This document shows positions 40,821-52,700 of a DNA stretch of 64,000 nucleotides, one piece after another. Source of the DNA: a bacterium SCSIO 12741 (GTDB lineage: Bacteria; Bacteroidota; Bacteroidia; Flavobacteriales_G; Salibacteraceae); NCBI GenBank assembly GCA_024398055.1, contig CP073749.1:1238594-1302593 (forward strand), in the 5' to 3' direction. Under the pieces are notes generated by a model. It was not told where the DNA came from and did no database searches. It saw only the letters and a program-made list of their open reading frames with translations. The position numbers were made by a program, and so were the translations under genes. Position 1 is the stretch's first letter. Each line of letters begins with the position of its first letter.

Positions 40821-40996
40821 ACGTTTAAGGGTTTGAGTGAATAAAAAATAACACCGTAAACGTATAGCGACTCTGAACTATCGAAAAGGGCAGAAATGAC
40901 CATTTTCAAAAACCATCATTTCTACTAAGAATAGGCTTATTTACTTATAAGTTGAGCTCGGAAAAGTCAGGAGTTAAGCGAAAATTCTACCCTTGG

Positions 40997-42223
40997 TTAT
41001 TTGGGATTTTGAATCATCTTCAGCGTTAGTCCGCCCAGAATTAAGATGACCAGAATCATAACAGCCCACAACCATTTTTGATCGGTTATTAAGGGGTTCA
41101 ATTGTTCCTTTTCTTCTTTAGGCTGCACCTGTTCTTCTCCTACACCAATTTGCTCCTTTACCTCACTCACCGTATCTGAAAAATGAGCGATGTCGTAACT
41201 GGGGCTGGAAGCTTTGGACCAGCCATAAACCAAAAAGTAATCGGCAGGTTGATCGATTCGGGTAATCAAGGTATTGACATGAGAACCTACCCTTTTTACC
41301 TGAAGTGTAAGAGGCGCATTGTCCCTATTTTCAACCAATACTTGTACGCGACCTGTTACCTGCATGGGAAATTCGTAGCGGTTTTCTTCCAGTGAACTAA
41401 GGACACCTGCCGTTAAATTTCTATAACGATATTTCCACCCCTTCTCTGTCTTAATGCTATCTCTCAAACACTTAATGGTAACCTTTCTGTGAAAGTCGTA
41501 ATCTTCGTAAGCCCCTAATTGAATAAATGATATGGGGTACTCTTCGTCCAAATCAAATTCCAGTAGACTCCTTTTTCCTTCAGCCGAACTGGATGTAATG
41601 GATTGGGGTTCAAAATTCCAGTATTTCCCAGATTCCGATCCAGCCTTAAAAGCCTCTACCCGGACCTCAGTTGGCTTCATTCCCTGAATTCTCAACCGCA
41701 AAAAACGATACTTGGCAGTCGGAAATTTCAGCGTGGTATACCGGTATCGGGTTTGATCATTCTGAATAGCCAGGATGCGTTGATCCTGAACAATGGAGTA
41801 CCATTCCTTCTGGTCCTGACTTCCTTCTACATCTACACGAGCATCGAAGTTGTTTTCGGATAGATTTAACTGAAGCTGATTTACTTCCAACGAATCGGGC
41901 ATGGACAAGGTGAGGTATTGACTGCCCTCCCGAGTTGTGGCATTCAACTCTTTAAAGCTGATCCGATCTAATTTCCCTTCCTCTTTCTTCTCCCTAAATA
42001 AGTACGGAGCTTCTACTGTATCTCCAGCTGCATTAATTCCATAAATCCGGATGTCGCTCCAATGGGAGTTTAGGTTCTTGAAAATTTCGGGAGGCAGCTC
42101 CACTTCATTCCACCCCTTATCCAGATTGGCCAAGGCTCTTTTGTAGGTATACTTCTCCATTTGAGCATGCGTCAAGCCAATCCACAATACACCTATGAGC
42201 GATGCAATAACGGTCTTATTCAT
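40997..42223 (-). CDS. DUF3999-like protein (signal peptide, C-terminal TM anchor)
   Basis: 408 aa, N-terminal signal, single C-terminal TM (WLWAVMILVILILGGL). Start overlaps the stop of the DUF2339-like gene, a known gene pairing. Confidence 0.5.
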   Translation of the reverse strand: MNKTVIASLIGVLWIGLTHAQMEKYTYKRALANLDKGWNEVELPPEIFKNLNSHWSDIRIYGINAAGDTVEAPYLFREKKEEGKLDRISFKELNATTREGSQYLTLSMPDSLEVNQLQLNLSENNFDARVDVEGSQDQKEWYSIVQDQRILAIQNDQTRYRYTTLKFPTAKYRFLRLRIQGMKPTEVRVEAFKAGSESGKYWNFEPQSITSSSAEGKRSLLEFDLDEEYPISFIQLGAYEDYDFHRKVTIKCLRDSIKTEKGWKYRYRNLTAGVLSSLEENRYEFPMQVTGRVQVLVENRDNAPLTLQVKRVGSHVNTLITRIDQPADYFLVYGWSKASSPSYDIAHFSDTVSEVKEQIGVGEEQVQPKEEKEQLNPLITDQKWLWAVMILVILILGGLTLKMIQNPK

Positions 42224-44654
42224 CGGGAAAAATGATTTGTTTGTACTTGTTGTAAAGGAAAGACATAATTAAGAGCAGAATCCCAAGGGACACAAATACG
42301 ACGGTTTTTGCCAGCGTGTTGAGGTGAGCAATATCGTAAAACACCAATTTGATAAGGATAACAGCAAACCACACCATGGCAGCAATTCTGAGATGGCGTT
42401 TCTTTTTCCAAATTCCAAATCCTACCAAAAGCGCTGAGTAACAACCGGAAAGAATGCTTAGGCCTAATTTGTAATTATGTGCCACTCCGCCAACATCCAT
42501 CCAGGTTAGCAATTCACTGCTCAATACCCAAAGAATGGTCCCATGAACAACTATTTCCAGGGCCTGATCCATACGAAGTTTCATGTAAGGCTGCTTAAGT
42601 AAGCGGTGCGTGATCCACAGCATACCCGCAATAAGAACAATGCTCAAGTAACGCAACATCATGTTTTCAGGACCGTGAATGAAATTGCTATCAGCAGCAG
42701 GTCTCAAGTAACTTTCCCGCAACTCGCTCAGTTCATAAAGGCCAGTGGTTAGGAAGAGTAAAAGCAAAAATCCATTGATGATTACGTTGACCATTCCGAG
42801 ATCCATTTTCTTGTACCAACGCAAATTGACCCAAGTAAAAATAGAGGCAAAAATCAAGGAGTAGTGAAGCAACCAAAGAGATTTGAAACCTCGAATATCT
42901 TCATCCCCAAGGTAGCGAATGGGGCTGTCGGGCCACAATGGATTTTCTACCGAAGTGGTCCAATAGAGGCGATCAAAGAAATAACCAATCTCCAAGAAGA
43001 AAGAGGCAAAAAGAGTAATCACCAGAGCACCGGGTAAGCCATAACTCAACAAGGATTTCAAGGTGATATCCTTAAAGGCTGAAGGCGCCACGTGTTTGGA
43101 CAAATGCACCCTGTTAATCCAAGCCAGACAGCCAACAAATAGCAGCGAACTCAGCATTTGCACATTGAAAACCGGCATGAAGAATTCGGCATCTTTCTGC
43201 CTTACAATGTCAATGTAAGTCGATCCCCAATCCTCGAGTAGACTGGCAAATGCAAGCATCATTAACAAGTAGGATATTCCCTCGTAAAAAGGAATCTTTC
43301 TTTTCCGACCGAGGGTAAACAATAGACTTGCCTGACCAATCCAGAGCAGGGTCACCCAATTTCCATCCAACTGAACCGGTATAGCCAAGGTAAGGAATAG
43401 CAAAACCATTCCAGTGATCATGTAAAACAGGTTTCGATCTCCCTGCTTGCGGCGATATATGATCCAGGCCACAACGAAGTGAATAACCCCATTCAACAAG
43501 GTAAACAAGCCCAAATAGGGTCTACTGGATGAATGATCATCCAATACCATGTAGCCGAAACCAAAGAACAAGAAGGAATTGACCGATACCCAAGCAATAT
43601 CCGAGTACTGAAATTTTTCCTTCTTAAGCAGCTTGTAACCCAAAAATGTAGCGTAGAAAATGGCAAAGAAGACAAAGCCAAAAACGAGGGCAATCCAATC
43701 TTGACCCGAACGCATTTCGATTACTGCCCAACTGGAATAAATCAACCACGTGAGCACGAAAGCCACCACATACAAAGCTTTCCAGTATCGCCGTATAGCT
43801 ATGACCAGAATACCGGCATTAATCAACGCCATATAGGTAAACAGAATCTCGACCTGCCCTGAGTTATTGCTCAATAGGAAGGGAACAGCGTAGGCCCCAA
43901 CCAGGCCAATGTGCGCAATAATCTGCCGGTTGTAATGTATCGCTGTAAATACCGTAAACCCAGTGTATATCACCATGAGCGCAAAGGCCAGCATTCGCGG
44001 TATAAAGTCATAAAAATCGTAGGCGGCATAGGTATCAAAATAGATGATTGCCATGGCACCACTGACCAATACAGCACTGTAATTGTGGTACTTATTCTTG
44101 AGTTTAAAACCCACTCCAATCAAACCAATACCCACGAAAAAGGCCATAATAACCCGGGTAAGAGGATTAATAAGGTCGTGATCAATGGAATACTTAACTC
44201 CGATTGCCACACCGATTACGGTAATCACAATTCCAATTTTGTTGATGAGGTTCTCACCTACAAACTTCTCGAGGTTAGACCTTTTGGCTTTTACGGGCTC
44301 CGTTTTTGGGGCCTCGGCCTGATCATCCATTGGACGCTTACCCACTTTCCAATCCGACATTCCCTTTTCGCCATCCAAATTCAGAAGAGGAACAGGTTCG
44401 GGCTCTTTTTCCCAAGTCTCCGATTTCTCTTCTTGAGTAGGTTCTTCTGCGGGGTCTTCTATAGGAGTTTCTACCGGCTCAGCATCCGATTTAAGATCGG
44501 GATCCACCGTTTCAGCAGGTTCAGGTTCTGCCCATTGCAAACGATCTAATTCCCGTTTGATTTCTTCCACCGATTGGGAAAATTCGGCTTGTTGACGGAG
44601 AAGAGCATCCAGCTTTTTCCGTAGCTCTTCTATGCGGTTTGGATTATCTGCCAT
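42216..44654 (-). CDS. DUF2339-like polytopic membrane protein
   Basis: 812 aa: N-terminal coiled-coil/acidic region followed by more than 15 TM segments. Confidence 0.5.
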   Translation of the reverse strand: MADNPNRIEELRKKLDALLRQQAEFSQSVEEIKRELDRLQWAEPEPAETVDPDLKSDAEPVETPIEDPAEEPTQEEKSETWEKEPEPVPLLNLDGEKGMSDWKVGKRPMDDQAEAPKTEPVKAKRSNLEKFVGENLINKIGIVITVIGVAIGVKYSIDHDLINPLTRVIMAFFVGIGLIGVGFKLKNKYHNYSAVLVSGAMAIIYFDTYAAYDFYDFIPRMLAFALMVIYTGFTVFTAIHYNRQIIAHIGLVGAYAVPFLLSNNSGQVEILFTYMALINAGILVIAIRRYWKALYVVAFVLTWLIYSSWAVIEMRSGQDWIALVFGFVFFAIFYATFLGYKLLKKEKFQYSDIAWVSVNSFLFFGFGYMVLDDHSSSRPYLGLFTLLNGVIHFVVAWIIYRRKQGDRNLFYMITGMVLLFLTLAIPVQLDGNWVTLLWIGQASLLFTLGRKRKIPFYEGISYLLMMLAFASLLEDWGSTYIDIVRQKDAEFFMPVFNVQMLSSLLFVGCLAWINRVHLSKHVAPSAFKDITLKSLLSYGLPGALVITLFASFFLEIGYFFDRLYWTTSVENPLWPDSPIRYLGDEDIRGFKSLWLLHYSLIFASIFTWVNLRWYKKMDLGMVNVIINGFLLLLFLTTGLYELSELRESYLRPAADSNFIHGPENMMLRYLSIVLIAGMLWITHRLLKQPYMKLRMDQALEIVVHGTILWVLSSELLTWMDVGGVAHNYKLGLSILSGCYSALLVGFGIWKKKRHLRIAAMVWFAVILIKLVFYDIAHLNTLAKTVVFVSLGILLLIMSFLYNKYKQIIFPDE

Positions 44655-44761
44655 AGGCCTTTGATTTTAGGTCGTTAGCACCATTGGTCACCGCAAGATA
44701 TTTGGTTTGCCCTGATAATGAAACGTTTGCTTGTATTTTTTAACGTTTGAGAAATTGGACT

Positions 44762-46819
44762 TTACTCCTCCTTCTCCTTGCGAATGGCCAATTTAAATCG
44801 GCTGGTCAATTCAATTTTTTGTAGCAGTTCAGGCTTCTTTTTATGGAAGATATATCCGTTGCGAGTCACCTTATTTTCAAGTAGTTCCTGCTTTTCGCTT
44901 TCACTGATGGTAATTCCTTTGAATTCATACGGAAGTGTAAACTTGCACCCCTTTTTCCAGTCGGAACAACCCCAGGCTTGTTTACCGGGTATGAGGTGAC
45001 CGATTTCACATTTGGGGCAGGCATCTTTTCGGGGTCGGTAGCCTTGTTGCTTTACCTGCTCGGTTAGATCCGTCACCATTTCATTCAGTTCCTTTTTAAA
45101 CAACTGAATGTCGTATTCTCCTTTTCCGATGTCTGAAATCTTCTTTTCCCAAACACCAGTTAGTTCCGCTGATTTGAGTAGGTCGTTTTCGATATGATCG
45201 ATCAGGTTTTGACCTACAGCCGTAGCCAGGATTCTCTTCTTCTGACGGACCAGATATTTCCGAGCAAACAATTTCTCAATGATGTTAGCTCGGGTAGATG
45301 GTCGACCGATTCCGTTTTCCTTCATTAAGTCGCGAAGTTCTTCGTCATCCACCAGTTTTCCAGCCGTTTCCATAGCCCGTAATAGAGAGGCTTCAGTAAA
45401 ATAACTGGGCGCCTTGGTATGCTTGCTTTGCAACTCCGGAATGTGGGGACCTTTTTCTCCTTTTTCGAATACCGGCATGACTTTCTCTTCATCATCAGCA
45501 GGTTTCTCAGCTTCCTTTCCGGATTCAAACACCACCCGCCATCCTGGATCGAGCAATTGTTTTCCGGTAGCCTTAAACTCTGGTCGGGAATCCATATCAA
45601 TTTCGCCCAGTACCGTGGTATTGCTCACCTTGCTATCCGGGTAAAACGCAGCGATGAAACGACGGGTAATGCGGTCGTATATTTTCTTTTGTTGGTAGGT
45701 CAATCCCACAGAAGAAGGATTCTCTCCAGTAGGAATAATGGCATGGTGATCAGTCACTTTTTTGTCGTTGAACACCTTGCTCGATTTGCGAATAGGCTTG
45801 CCCAATAACGGAGCGGTTAGCGATGAGTACGCGGATAGACGACTTAAAATCCCTTCAATTTTGGGATACTGATCATTAGGAAGATAAGACGTATCCACCC
45901 TCGGATAGGTAATCAGTTTTTGCTCGTATAGGTGCTGAACCGCATTGAGTGTTTCTTCGGCGGTGTATCCAAATTTCTTATTGCATTCTACCTGAATGGA
46001 GGTCAGATCAAACAAGGATGGAGGTGTTTCTTTTCCTTCCTTTTGGGTGTAGGACATGATCTCGAAGTCAGCTTCTTTGATCGACTCAACCAATTCCTCT
46101 CCTTTCGCTTTTTCAGAGATCTTTCCTTGGGTAGCCGAGAATTCAACGTCCCGATAAACCGTTTTGATTTCGAAATATTCCTCCGGAACAAACCGATCAA
46201 TTTCACGCTGCCGCTCCACCACCATGGCCAAGGTAGGCGTTTGCACCCGGCCCACTGAAAAAACCTGCTTCGAAGCTCCAAACTTGAGGGTATAGAGCCT
46301 GGAAGCGTTCATTCCCAGCAGCCAATCTCCAATAGCTCGGGCCGTTCCAGCCGCGTATAAGTTGTTGTAATCTTCTCCGGGCTTTAGGTTTCCAAACCCT
46401 TCTTTAATCGCTTCATCAGTCAGGGAAGATATCCAAAGGCGCTTTAGGGGTTTCTTGCTTTTGGCTTTAGACAGAACCCAGCGCTGAATCAATTCTCCTT
46501 CCTGGCCGGCATCCCCGCAGTTGATGACTTCCTCACATTTTTCTACCAGAAAAGCAATGGTATCAAACTGCTTTTTAACTCCTGAATTCGGAATCAGCTT
46601 AATCCCAAAGTTGTCCGGTATGATGGGTAGAGTCGGCATACTCCACGATTTCCAGGAGTCATTGTAATCCGCCGGCTCCTTCAAAGTACAGAGGTGCCCA
46701 AAAGTCCAGGACACCCAATAGCCATTTCCCTCCCAGTAACCATCCTGGCGCTGGTTTGCTCCCAATACTTGGGCAATATCTTTAGCCACACTTGGCTTTT
46801 CTGCGATACAGAGCTTCAT
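44762..46819 (-). CDS. topB: DNA topoisomerase III (type IA)
   Basis: TOPRIM N-terminus MKLCIAEKPSVAKDIA; active-site region with Tyr; C-terminal zinc-ribbon Cys cluster. Confidence 0.8.
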   Translation of the reverse strand: MKLCIAEKPSVAKDIAQVLGANQRQDGYWEGNGYWVSWTFGHLCTLKEPADYNDSWKSWSMPTLPIIPDNFGIKLIPNSGVKKQFDTIAFLVEKCEEVINCGDAGQEGELIQRWVLSKAKSKKPLKRLWISSLTDEAIKEGFGNLKPGEDYNNLYAAGTARAIGDWLLGMNASRLYTLKFGASKQVFSVGRVQTPTLAMVVERQREIDRFVPEEYFEIKTVYRDVEFSATQGKISEKAKGEELVESIKEADFEIMSYTQKEGKETPPSLFDLTSIQVECNKKFGYTAEETLNAVQHLYEQKLITYPRVDTSYLPNDQYPKIEGILSRLSAYSSLTAPLLGKPIRKSSKVFNDKKVTDHHAIIPTGENPSSVGLTYQQKKIYDRITRRFIAAFYPDSKVSNTTVLGEIDMDSRPEFKATGKQLLDPGWRVVFESGKEAEKPADDEEKVMPVFEKGEKGPHIPELQSKHTKAPSYFTEASLLRAMETAGKLVDDEELRDLMKENGIGRPSTRANIIEKLFARKYLVRQKKRILATAVGQNLIDHIENDLLKSAELTGVWEKKISDIGKGEYDIQLFKKELNEMVTDLTEQVKQQGYRPRKDACPKCEIGHLIPGKQAWGCSDWKKGCKFTLPYEFKGITISESEKQELLENKVTRNGYIFHKKKPELLQKIELTSRFKLAIRKEKEE

Positions 46820-47000
46820 GTTTGCGGGGAGGGTCAAAAATCCAAAACCCAAAGAAAAAGTCCAAACGAATTGAGAGCTGATTTTGGAAAGTTATCACCG
46901 GAAATCCAATACACCCTACTTCACCCAGTCAAAACCAACCTACACCAAGTTCAGATTGACAGACCTTAATAGCACTGCTACCTTGGCTCAAAATCTCGCC

Positions 47001-48224
47001 ATGAAAAGTTCTGTCCTCAAACTGCTCCCCTACCTATTCAGCCTCTCCCTATTCCTACCCAGCTGTGCACAAGATGATCAAACTCCCTTGCTAACTCGGT
47101 CGAATCCTGTCCCAACAACCCGTACAGCTCAGCATCCGACGATCTCAACTCCAAATTGGGGCCTCCCCTATGAAGTTGGGAATCGTTTTCGGATGGATAA
47201 TCTCGAAGTTTTTTTTCTCACCGGGAATCCGGAAAACCAAGAAAGCTATGTCACCCTGGACCAGGCTATGGAAAAAGAATACGTTAAGGTGAAGGAAACC
47301 GGCCAGGTCAACCAACTTCAGATCAACAATCTATCGGATCACTACATTTTTATTCACTCAGGTGACATCGTAAAAGGTGGAAAACAAGATCGTACGCTCA
47401 GCAAAGACGTCATCATACCACCCCATGCGCGCAAAGTAAATCTGGCCAGCTTTTGTGTGGAATCTGCTCGATGGACCAATCGGGGCGAGGAGGCAGTCAC
47501 CCATTTTCAAAGCAACAACTGCATGCTATCCTCCCGGGATTTAAAAGTGAGTTCCAAATACCGACAAGACCAAGGTAAAGTCTGGGAAAAAGTGTCTGAA
47601 GGCATGAATGAGATTAACAATGGTTTAGCCGTAAAGTACGGGTACTACTCCGTGAATGTATCCGACAGCGCTTCAGCCACGAGCCTACAATTGGCGCTGG
47701 AAAACGACACCTTAAACAAGGTAAGAGAAGAGATGATCCAGTACTTTACCGACCGGCTCATGGAAAGCGAGCAGGTGGTAGGATTCGGATACGCCATCAA
47801 TGGCGAAGTTTATGAAATCAACACCTACAACAACCAGCAACTCTTTCAGGATTTATGGCCTAAACTGATTGCCTCAGCCGTAACAGAGTCTATCTCTGAT
47901 TTTGACATAATGGATTCTCTGCAAACAGAAAAAATGTTGAGCCTGAACCAGCTGGATTCGCTTCAATGGATATCGCCAACGGATCCTGAAAAAGTAAATG
48001 ACATTACCCGTCTGGAGACCCAAACTTCAGGAGACGAAGCTGTCCTTTTGTTTACCACTTCTGATAACCGTTTTGCGGATCAGTGGCTACACCAAAATCT
48101 GTTGTGCCGGAGCGAAGAAGAGATGAAATCCATATCTCATGGCGGCCCCGCTTTCCAAAACTCAAATGCTCCCATTGACTCCATTCAGTGGAACGACTTT
48201 CCCTCAATGAGGCAAAGTCGGTAG
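47001..48224 (+). CDS. hypothetical lipoprotein
   Basis: Lipobox-like ...LFLPSCAQDD after MKSSVLKLLPYLFSLS. No family recognised. Start taken at the internal Met carrying the signal peptide. Confidence 0.5.
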   Translation: MKSSVLKLLPYLFSLSLFLPSCAQDDQTPLLTRSNPVPTTRTAQHPTISTPNWGLPYEVGNRFRMDNLEVFFLTGNPENQESYVTLDQAMEKEYVKVKETGQVNQLQINNLSDHYIFIHSGDIVKGGKQDRTLSKDVIIPPHARKVNLASFCVESARWTNRGEEAVTHFQSNNCMLSSRDLKVSSKYRQDQGKVWEKVSEGMNEINNGLAVKYGYYSVNVSDSASATSLQLALENDTLNKVREEMIQYFTDRLMESEQVVGFGYAINGEVYEINTYNNQQLFQDLWPKLIASAVTESISDFDIMDSLQTEKMLSLNQLDSLQWISPTDPEKVNDITRLETQTSGDEAVLLFTTSDNRFADQWLHQNLLCRSEEEMKSISHGGPAFQNSNAPIDSIQWNDFPSMRQSR

Positions 48225-48283
48225 GCTCGGAAACACGATTTTGGCCATTTCCTCGTTAGGAGATTTGTCCAATTGCACCTCAA

Positions 48284-48919
48284 GTGATCCCATTCAAATT
48301 CACCTTGCCGATTTTCATTCTAGGGATGGGGATTAATCCCCAATTACTCTTGGCTCAGGAATTTCCATTAATCGCTAAAACGATAGAATACTCGGACACT
48401 GTGGACATTCATCCTCAAAATGCCGGCATTCGCTTTAAGGTATATCATCGCTTGTGGTTCTTTGAATCTGGCACCTTTCGTTTTTATCCAAACAGACTCA
48501 CCAATCAAGACTCGTTAGTAGTCAATCCCGGTCCGCGTTATTTTAGGGTTTATCGGAAGTCTGGCTCCTTGCATTTTGAGGGAGGGAATAGCCGACATGC
48601 CACCGAATTGGAAGGCCGAGTCACCTATTACTACCCAAATGGAGTCATCCAAAAAACAGAGTTTTACGGGCTCGCTGACTACAACGTTGATGGTCGGTCG
48701 GAATACTTCGGCGATGGCCCAAGTAAGGTTGGTGCCTGGCAATACTTCAACAAAAAAGGTCGGTTGAAAAAAGAACGGGTTTACCTGGCCAAACGAGCGG
48801 AGGATGATCCCAAATACCTCACCTATGGGTTTACTCTAAAAAAGTATAACCGAAAAGGAAAGATGAATTCTTCCAGGTATCGTGAATTGATTCGAATCCC
48901 TGATTATGGCAGGAAATAA
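48284..48919 (+). CDS. secreted MORN-variant (YwqK-like) repeat protein
   Basis: Signal peptide; repeats of the type YYYPNGVIQKTEFYG / WQYFNKKGRLKKERVY. Confidence 0.5.
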   Translation: MIPFKFTLPIFILGMGINPQLLLAQEFPLIAKTIEYSDTVDIHPQNAGIRFKVYHRLWFFESGTFRFYPNRLTNQDSLVVNPGPRYFRVYRKSGSLHFEGGNSRHATELEGRVTYYYPNGVIQKTEFYGLADYNVDGRSEYFGDGPSKVGAWQYFNKKGRLKKERVYLAKRAEDDPKYLTYGFTLKKYNRKGKMNSSRYRELIRIPDYGRK

Positions 48920-48936
48920 TTGATTTCAGCCTATAG

Positions 48937-49698
48937 CTATTTTGACGCCGTAACCATAAAACACTGCGTATAAAGCTCATTATTTGTCAGCTGGATAGTA
49001 ACAGAATAAACCCCGGGTGGATACTCGCTTACATCAAAAACGGTGGAAGATCTTGAAATCCGTTCAATCTTTTGCTCCAGAACTAACTCACCAACCCGGT
49101 TGTAGATTAATACCGTGGCCGACTCACCAATATGTTCTTTCAACTCCAGCTGCAGTTGATCGCTCGTAGGATTCGGATAAATAATAAAGCAGTTCGGCTT
49201 AACCTCTTCGATCGATTCTTTTTCTCGCCTTTTGCGCTGCTCTTCTGGGCCAATACCCCTAATTCCTTCTTCCTGATAATCCGACTTCAATATTTTTCCC
49301 TTCACCAGTAAATCGGTCGTTGATGGTTCTGTATTGGCTATTAGATAGACCTTTTTGAACTGAAGTCCCATTTTTCCTCGGGTATCAAATACCACCTCAA
49401 TTTCACTGCTCTCTCCTGGCACAATGGGCACTTTGGGATAAAAAGGAACGGTGCAACCACAACTCCCCTTAGCACTGGCAATGACCAAGGGAACGCTCCC
49501 TGTATTGGTAAAGGTAAATACGTGGGTAACGGATTCGCCTTGGGGCACCTCCCCAAAATCATAGGTAGTTTCATCAAACTGAATGGTGGTTGTCGGCCCA
49601 GGGTCTACCGATTCTTTTTCGACCTGAGCCTGGGTGACGCTCACTCCCAAAAGAAAGGTCAGGGTAAATAAAAGTGGTTTCATACTCATCGTATTCAT
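48937..49698 (-). CDS. DUF1573-domain protein with T9SS C-terminal sorting domain
   Basis: N-terminal DFGEVPQGESVTHVFTFTNTGSVPLVI...GSCGCT (DUF1573 hallmark). C-terminal FIIYPNPTSDQLQL...GVYSVTIQLTNNELYTQCFMV. Confidence 0.7.
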   Translation of the reverse strand: MNTMSMKPLLFTLTFLLGVSVTQAQVEKESVDPGPTTTIQFDETTYDFGEVPQGESVTHVFTFTNTGSVPLVIASAKGSCGCTVPFYPKVPIVPGESSEIEVVFDTRGKMGLQFKKVYLIANTEPSTTDLLVKGKILKSDYQEEGIRGIGPEEQRKRREKESIEEVKPNCFIIYPNPTSDQLQLELKEHIGESATVLIYNRVGELVLEQKIERISRSSTVFDVSEYPPGVYSVTIQLTNNELYTQCFMVTASK

Positions 49699-49762
49699 TG
49701 GTTTATGGATTAAAACTACGCATTCTTCAACACTCCAGGTGGATTCTATGAGCAGGCACCCC

Positions 49763-52700
49763 TTACCGGGTCACCACCACCCGCTTATGAACCGATTCGT
49801 TCTCACAATACAAGCCAATTAAATAGGTCCCGGAGCTGAGTTGAGGAAATTCATATTCAAAAAGAAAAGGGTTCTCTTTTAGATGGCTCACATCTACTTC
49901 ATAGACTTGTTCCCCCAAGGTGTTGAACACTTTTAATCCCTTCACTTGCTTATCGTTGTTCATGGCTGAAACAGTAAACCTCCCTTTGGTGGGATTGGGA
50001 TCGATGCGAAAATCACAGAGCAAAGGAAGCGCTCCTGGTTTCCAGTGAACCTGAACGGAATCAATCAGGGAATCCCGACATCCATAAAATCCGGTGGCCA
50101 CCAGCTTTACTTCATAAGTTCCCGGCCTGGATAAAACCTCGGAGTAGTTAACCTCCCTGGATCTATGCTTGCCATCCAATACCCATGCATAATGGGTGGC
50201 TGAATCAGACAAGTTGGTAGTCGATAAATGGAAGGGCTGACTACCCTCTTTCGAGTTCAATTCAAAATCAGCCTTCACAGGATAATAATCTGGACTTAAA
50301 ACCGCCGAACGAACGCCACATCGATTGGTTAGAGTATAAGTGTATTCACCTGGTTGATCAATCTGTATCTCCGCGGAGTTATCGCCCGTGGACCATTCCA
50401 TGTCGGTAGTTGAATCATTCCCCACTCCAATCAATCTAAGAGGTTCACCTGGACAAAACTTACCTTCCGGCTTTTGCAAAATCGAGGGAGATGGTGGCAC
50501 CTGAAAATCCACTTGAATGGAATGAATGGAACTCTTACAAGGATTGGAAACTGTGACGAAATAGCGTCCTCTTTTGAGCACCGAAAAGTTGGAGGAAGTG
50601 CTACCATCCTGCCACAGATAAGTCGCTGAATGGTTAGCTGCATCGAGCTGAAACGGTGCTTGATCACAAATGACTGTATCCACAGGAAAATGGACGCTCA
50701 AGGTCGGAAAGGTATCGACCTTAAATCCAGCAGAATCAGCTCCGCAGCGATTGCTGACACGAAGTCCGTAGGATCGAACGGGTGTAACCCTGTGCGTGGA
50801 CATGGTGGATCCACTTGACCACAGGTATTGTGCCGAATCCACTGCAACGGATACAAGCAGCGTATCTCCTTCGCAAAGCATCGTATCTCGTAAGTCAAGT
50901 TGAGGAGTTTGGAGATATTGGACCCAAACTGAATCCTGAAATTCACCGCACCGCCCGGAGATGCTAACATGGAATAGCCCGGATTGCAAAACCGTGACAA
51001 TCGAGTCTGTAATCAACTGATTTTTCCACCAGTATTGGGCTCCCTTCTCACCCATTCCCGCCATCAGCGTTAAGGGAGAATGGGAACAGGTTAAAGTGTC
51101 TCTTCCTAAATCAGGCCAAGCGGGCTGATACAACGATGGGACGATCAAAGAATCTCTAAACACACCGCAATAATTCTTTACATCAACCCAATAAATGCCG
51201 GTCTGGGCAACTGGCTTTGGGCTCAAGGAATCCCCATCCCACCAGCGCACATCAGACCCAGGTACATTTAACCAAAGAGTATCGCTTGAACAAAGAACTG
51301 TATCCGACCCCAAATCGATTTGAAGGGAGTCATCGATATGGACCATCACCGAATCGGTATGACTTCCACACGGGTTGCTCACGGTTAAGTAATAGCTGCC
51401 CGTGGAATCAATCCATTGAGTGGAATCCATACTACCACCGCTCCAGAGAAAAGTACTTCCCAAGGATCCATTCGCTATCAAAAGCAGAGAATCTCCGCAA
51501 GATCCTGTATCCATCGGCAGTGTTGATTCGGGGTATCTATTCTCCGAAATGAAAATAGAATCCTGCCATTCTCCACATCGGTTGTAGACCTCAACCCAAT
51601 ACCAACCTCCCGAATCCACCAACAAGGAATCAGTAGCGGAACTATCACTCCAGAAAAAACGTGCCGGCGCATTATCCGTAAATCGTAGATCGATTGTATC
51701 GCCAAGGCAAAGCATGGTGTCGGCCGGAAGTTTGGGATTGAGAATAGAATCGATGAATACCGATTGAACCAGGGTATCAATACTTCCGGTACTCCATTTG
51801 ATTCGAGCTATAACGGTAAACTCTCCCACTCTGGAAAAGGCATGCTTTGCGCAATAGGAGGCCGCAGAATTTTGCCCCGATAGAGGGTCCCCGAAATTCC
51901 AAAGGACGGAATCTACCTGTGCGGTATCTTTCAAACAGAAAACCGTGGTGTCTCCCCAGCAGGTATACCTTACCTGGAAGGGCTCGAAATCATAAACCGA
52001 GGCTGGGAAAACCGGAAATTTACCAAAAGTAGAATGGGACCCTGGAGGCAACAGAAATAAGGAATCTTGGTAATCGCATTTCGGGCCGGTGCTATCGGGT
52101 TCATGGATCACACCTATTTGATCATAAAAATGGGACCAATAGATCTTTCCATCCAAGCCAAGCTGAACATCGTGTAAGGTATTATTGATGGGAACACCGG
52201 AGGGATAAGGAGCGGCCGGCTGGTGAACAAGATTGTACCTACTGGACCGAATGGCCTGCTGATTCCAAGAAGTCAAATCGAACTGAGCCAAGGATGCAAC
52301 GGGCTGCATAAAGGCATTTCGATACATGGGATAATCGTTGACATAAAGCTTGTTTCCTGATTTTGAAAAACACAGATGCATCGGGTTGGAGGATAAACCG
52401 TTGGACGCACTTGGAATGGAAATCGTGCTGGAAGCTTTGCCGGTTTTCGAATCAAAGCGACACAAGACCAATCGATTGACCGGCGATACTCCGGGATTGG
52501 TGTGATGAATATGGCTATTGGTCATCGCAATAATATCACCGTTGGGACTGATCCTTAGCTCGTCCCAAATCCGAGCGCTTAGGATTGTATCCAAAACCGA
52601 ATAAACCGGACGAGAAGATAGGCCACTACTATCTACCAAAAAAGCGACCAAGGTATCTGAATAGGAATGGAACATACTTGGAAGAGGAGCTTTTAAGGTA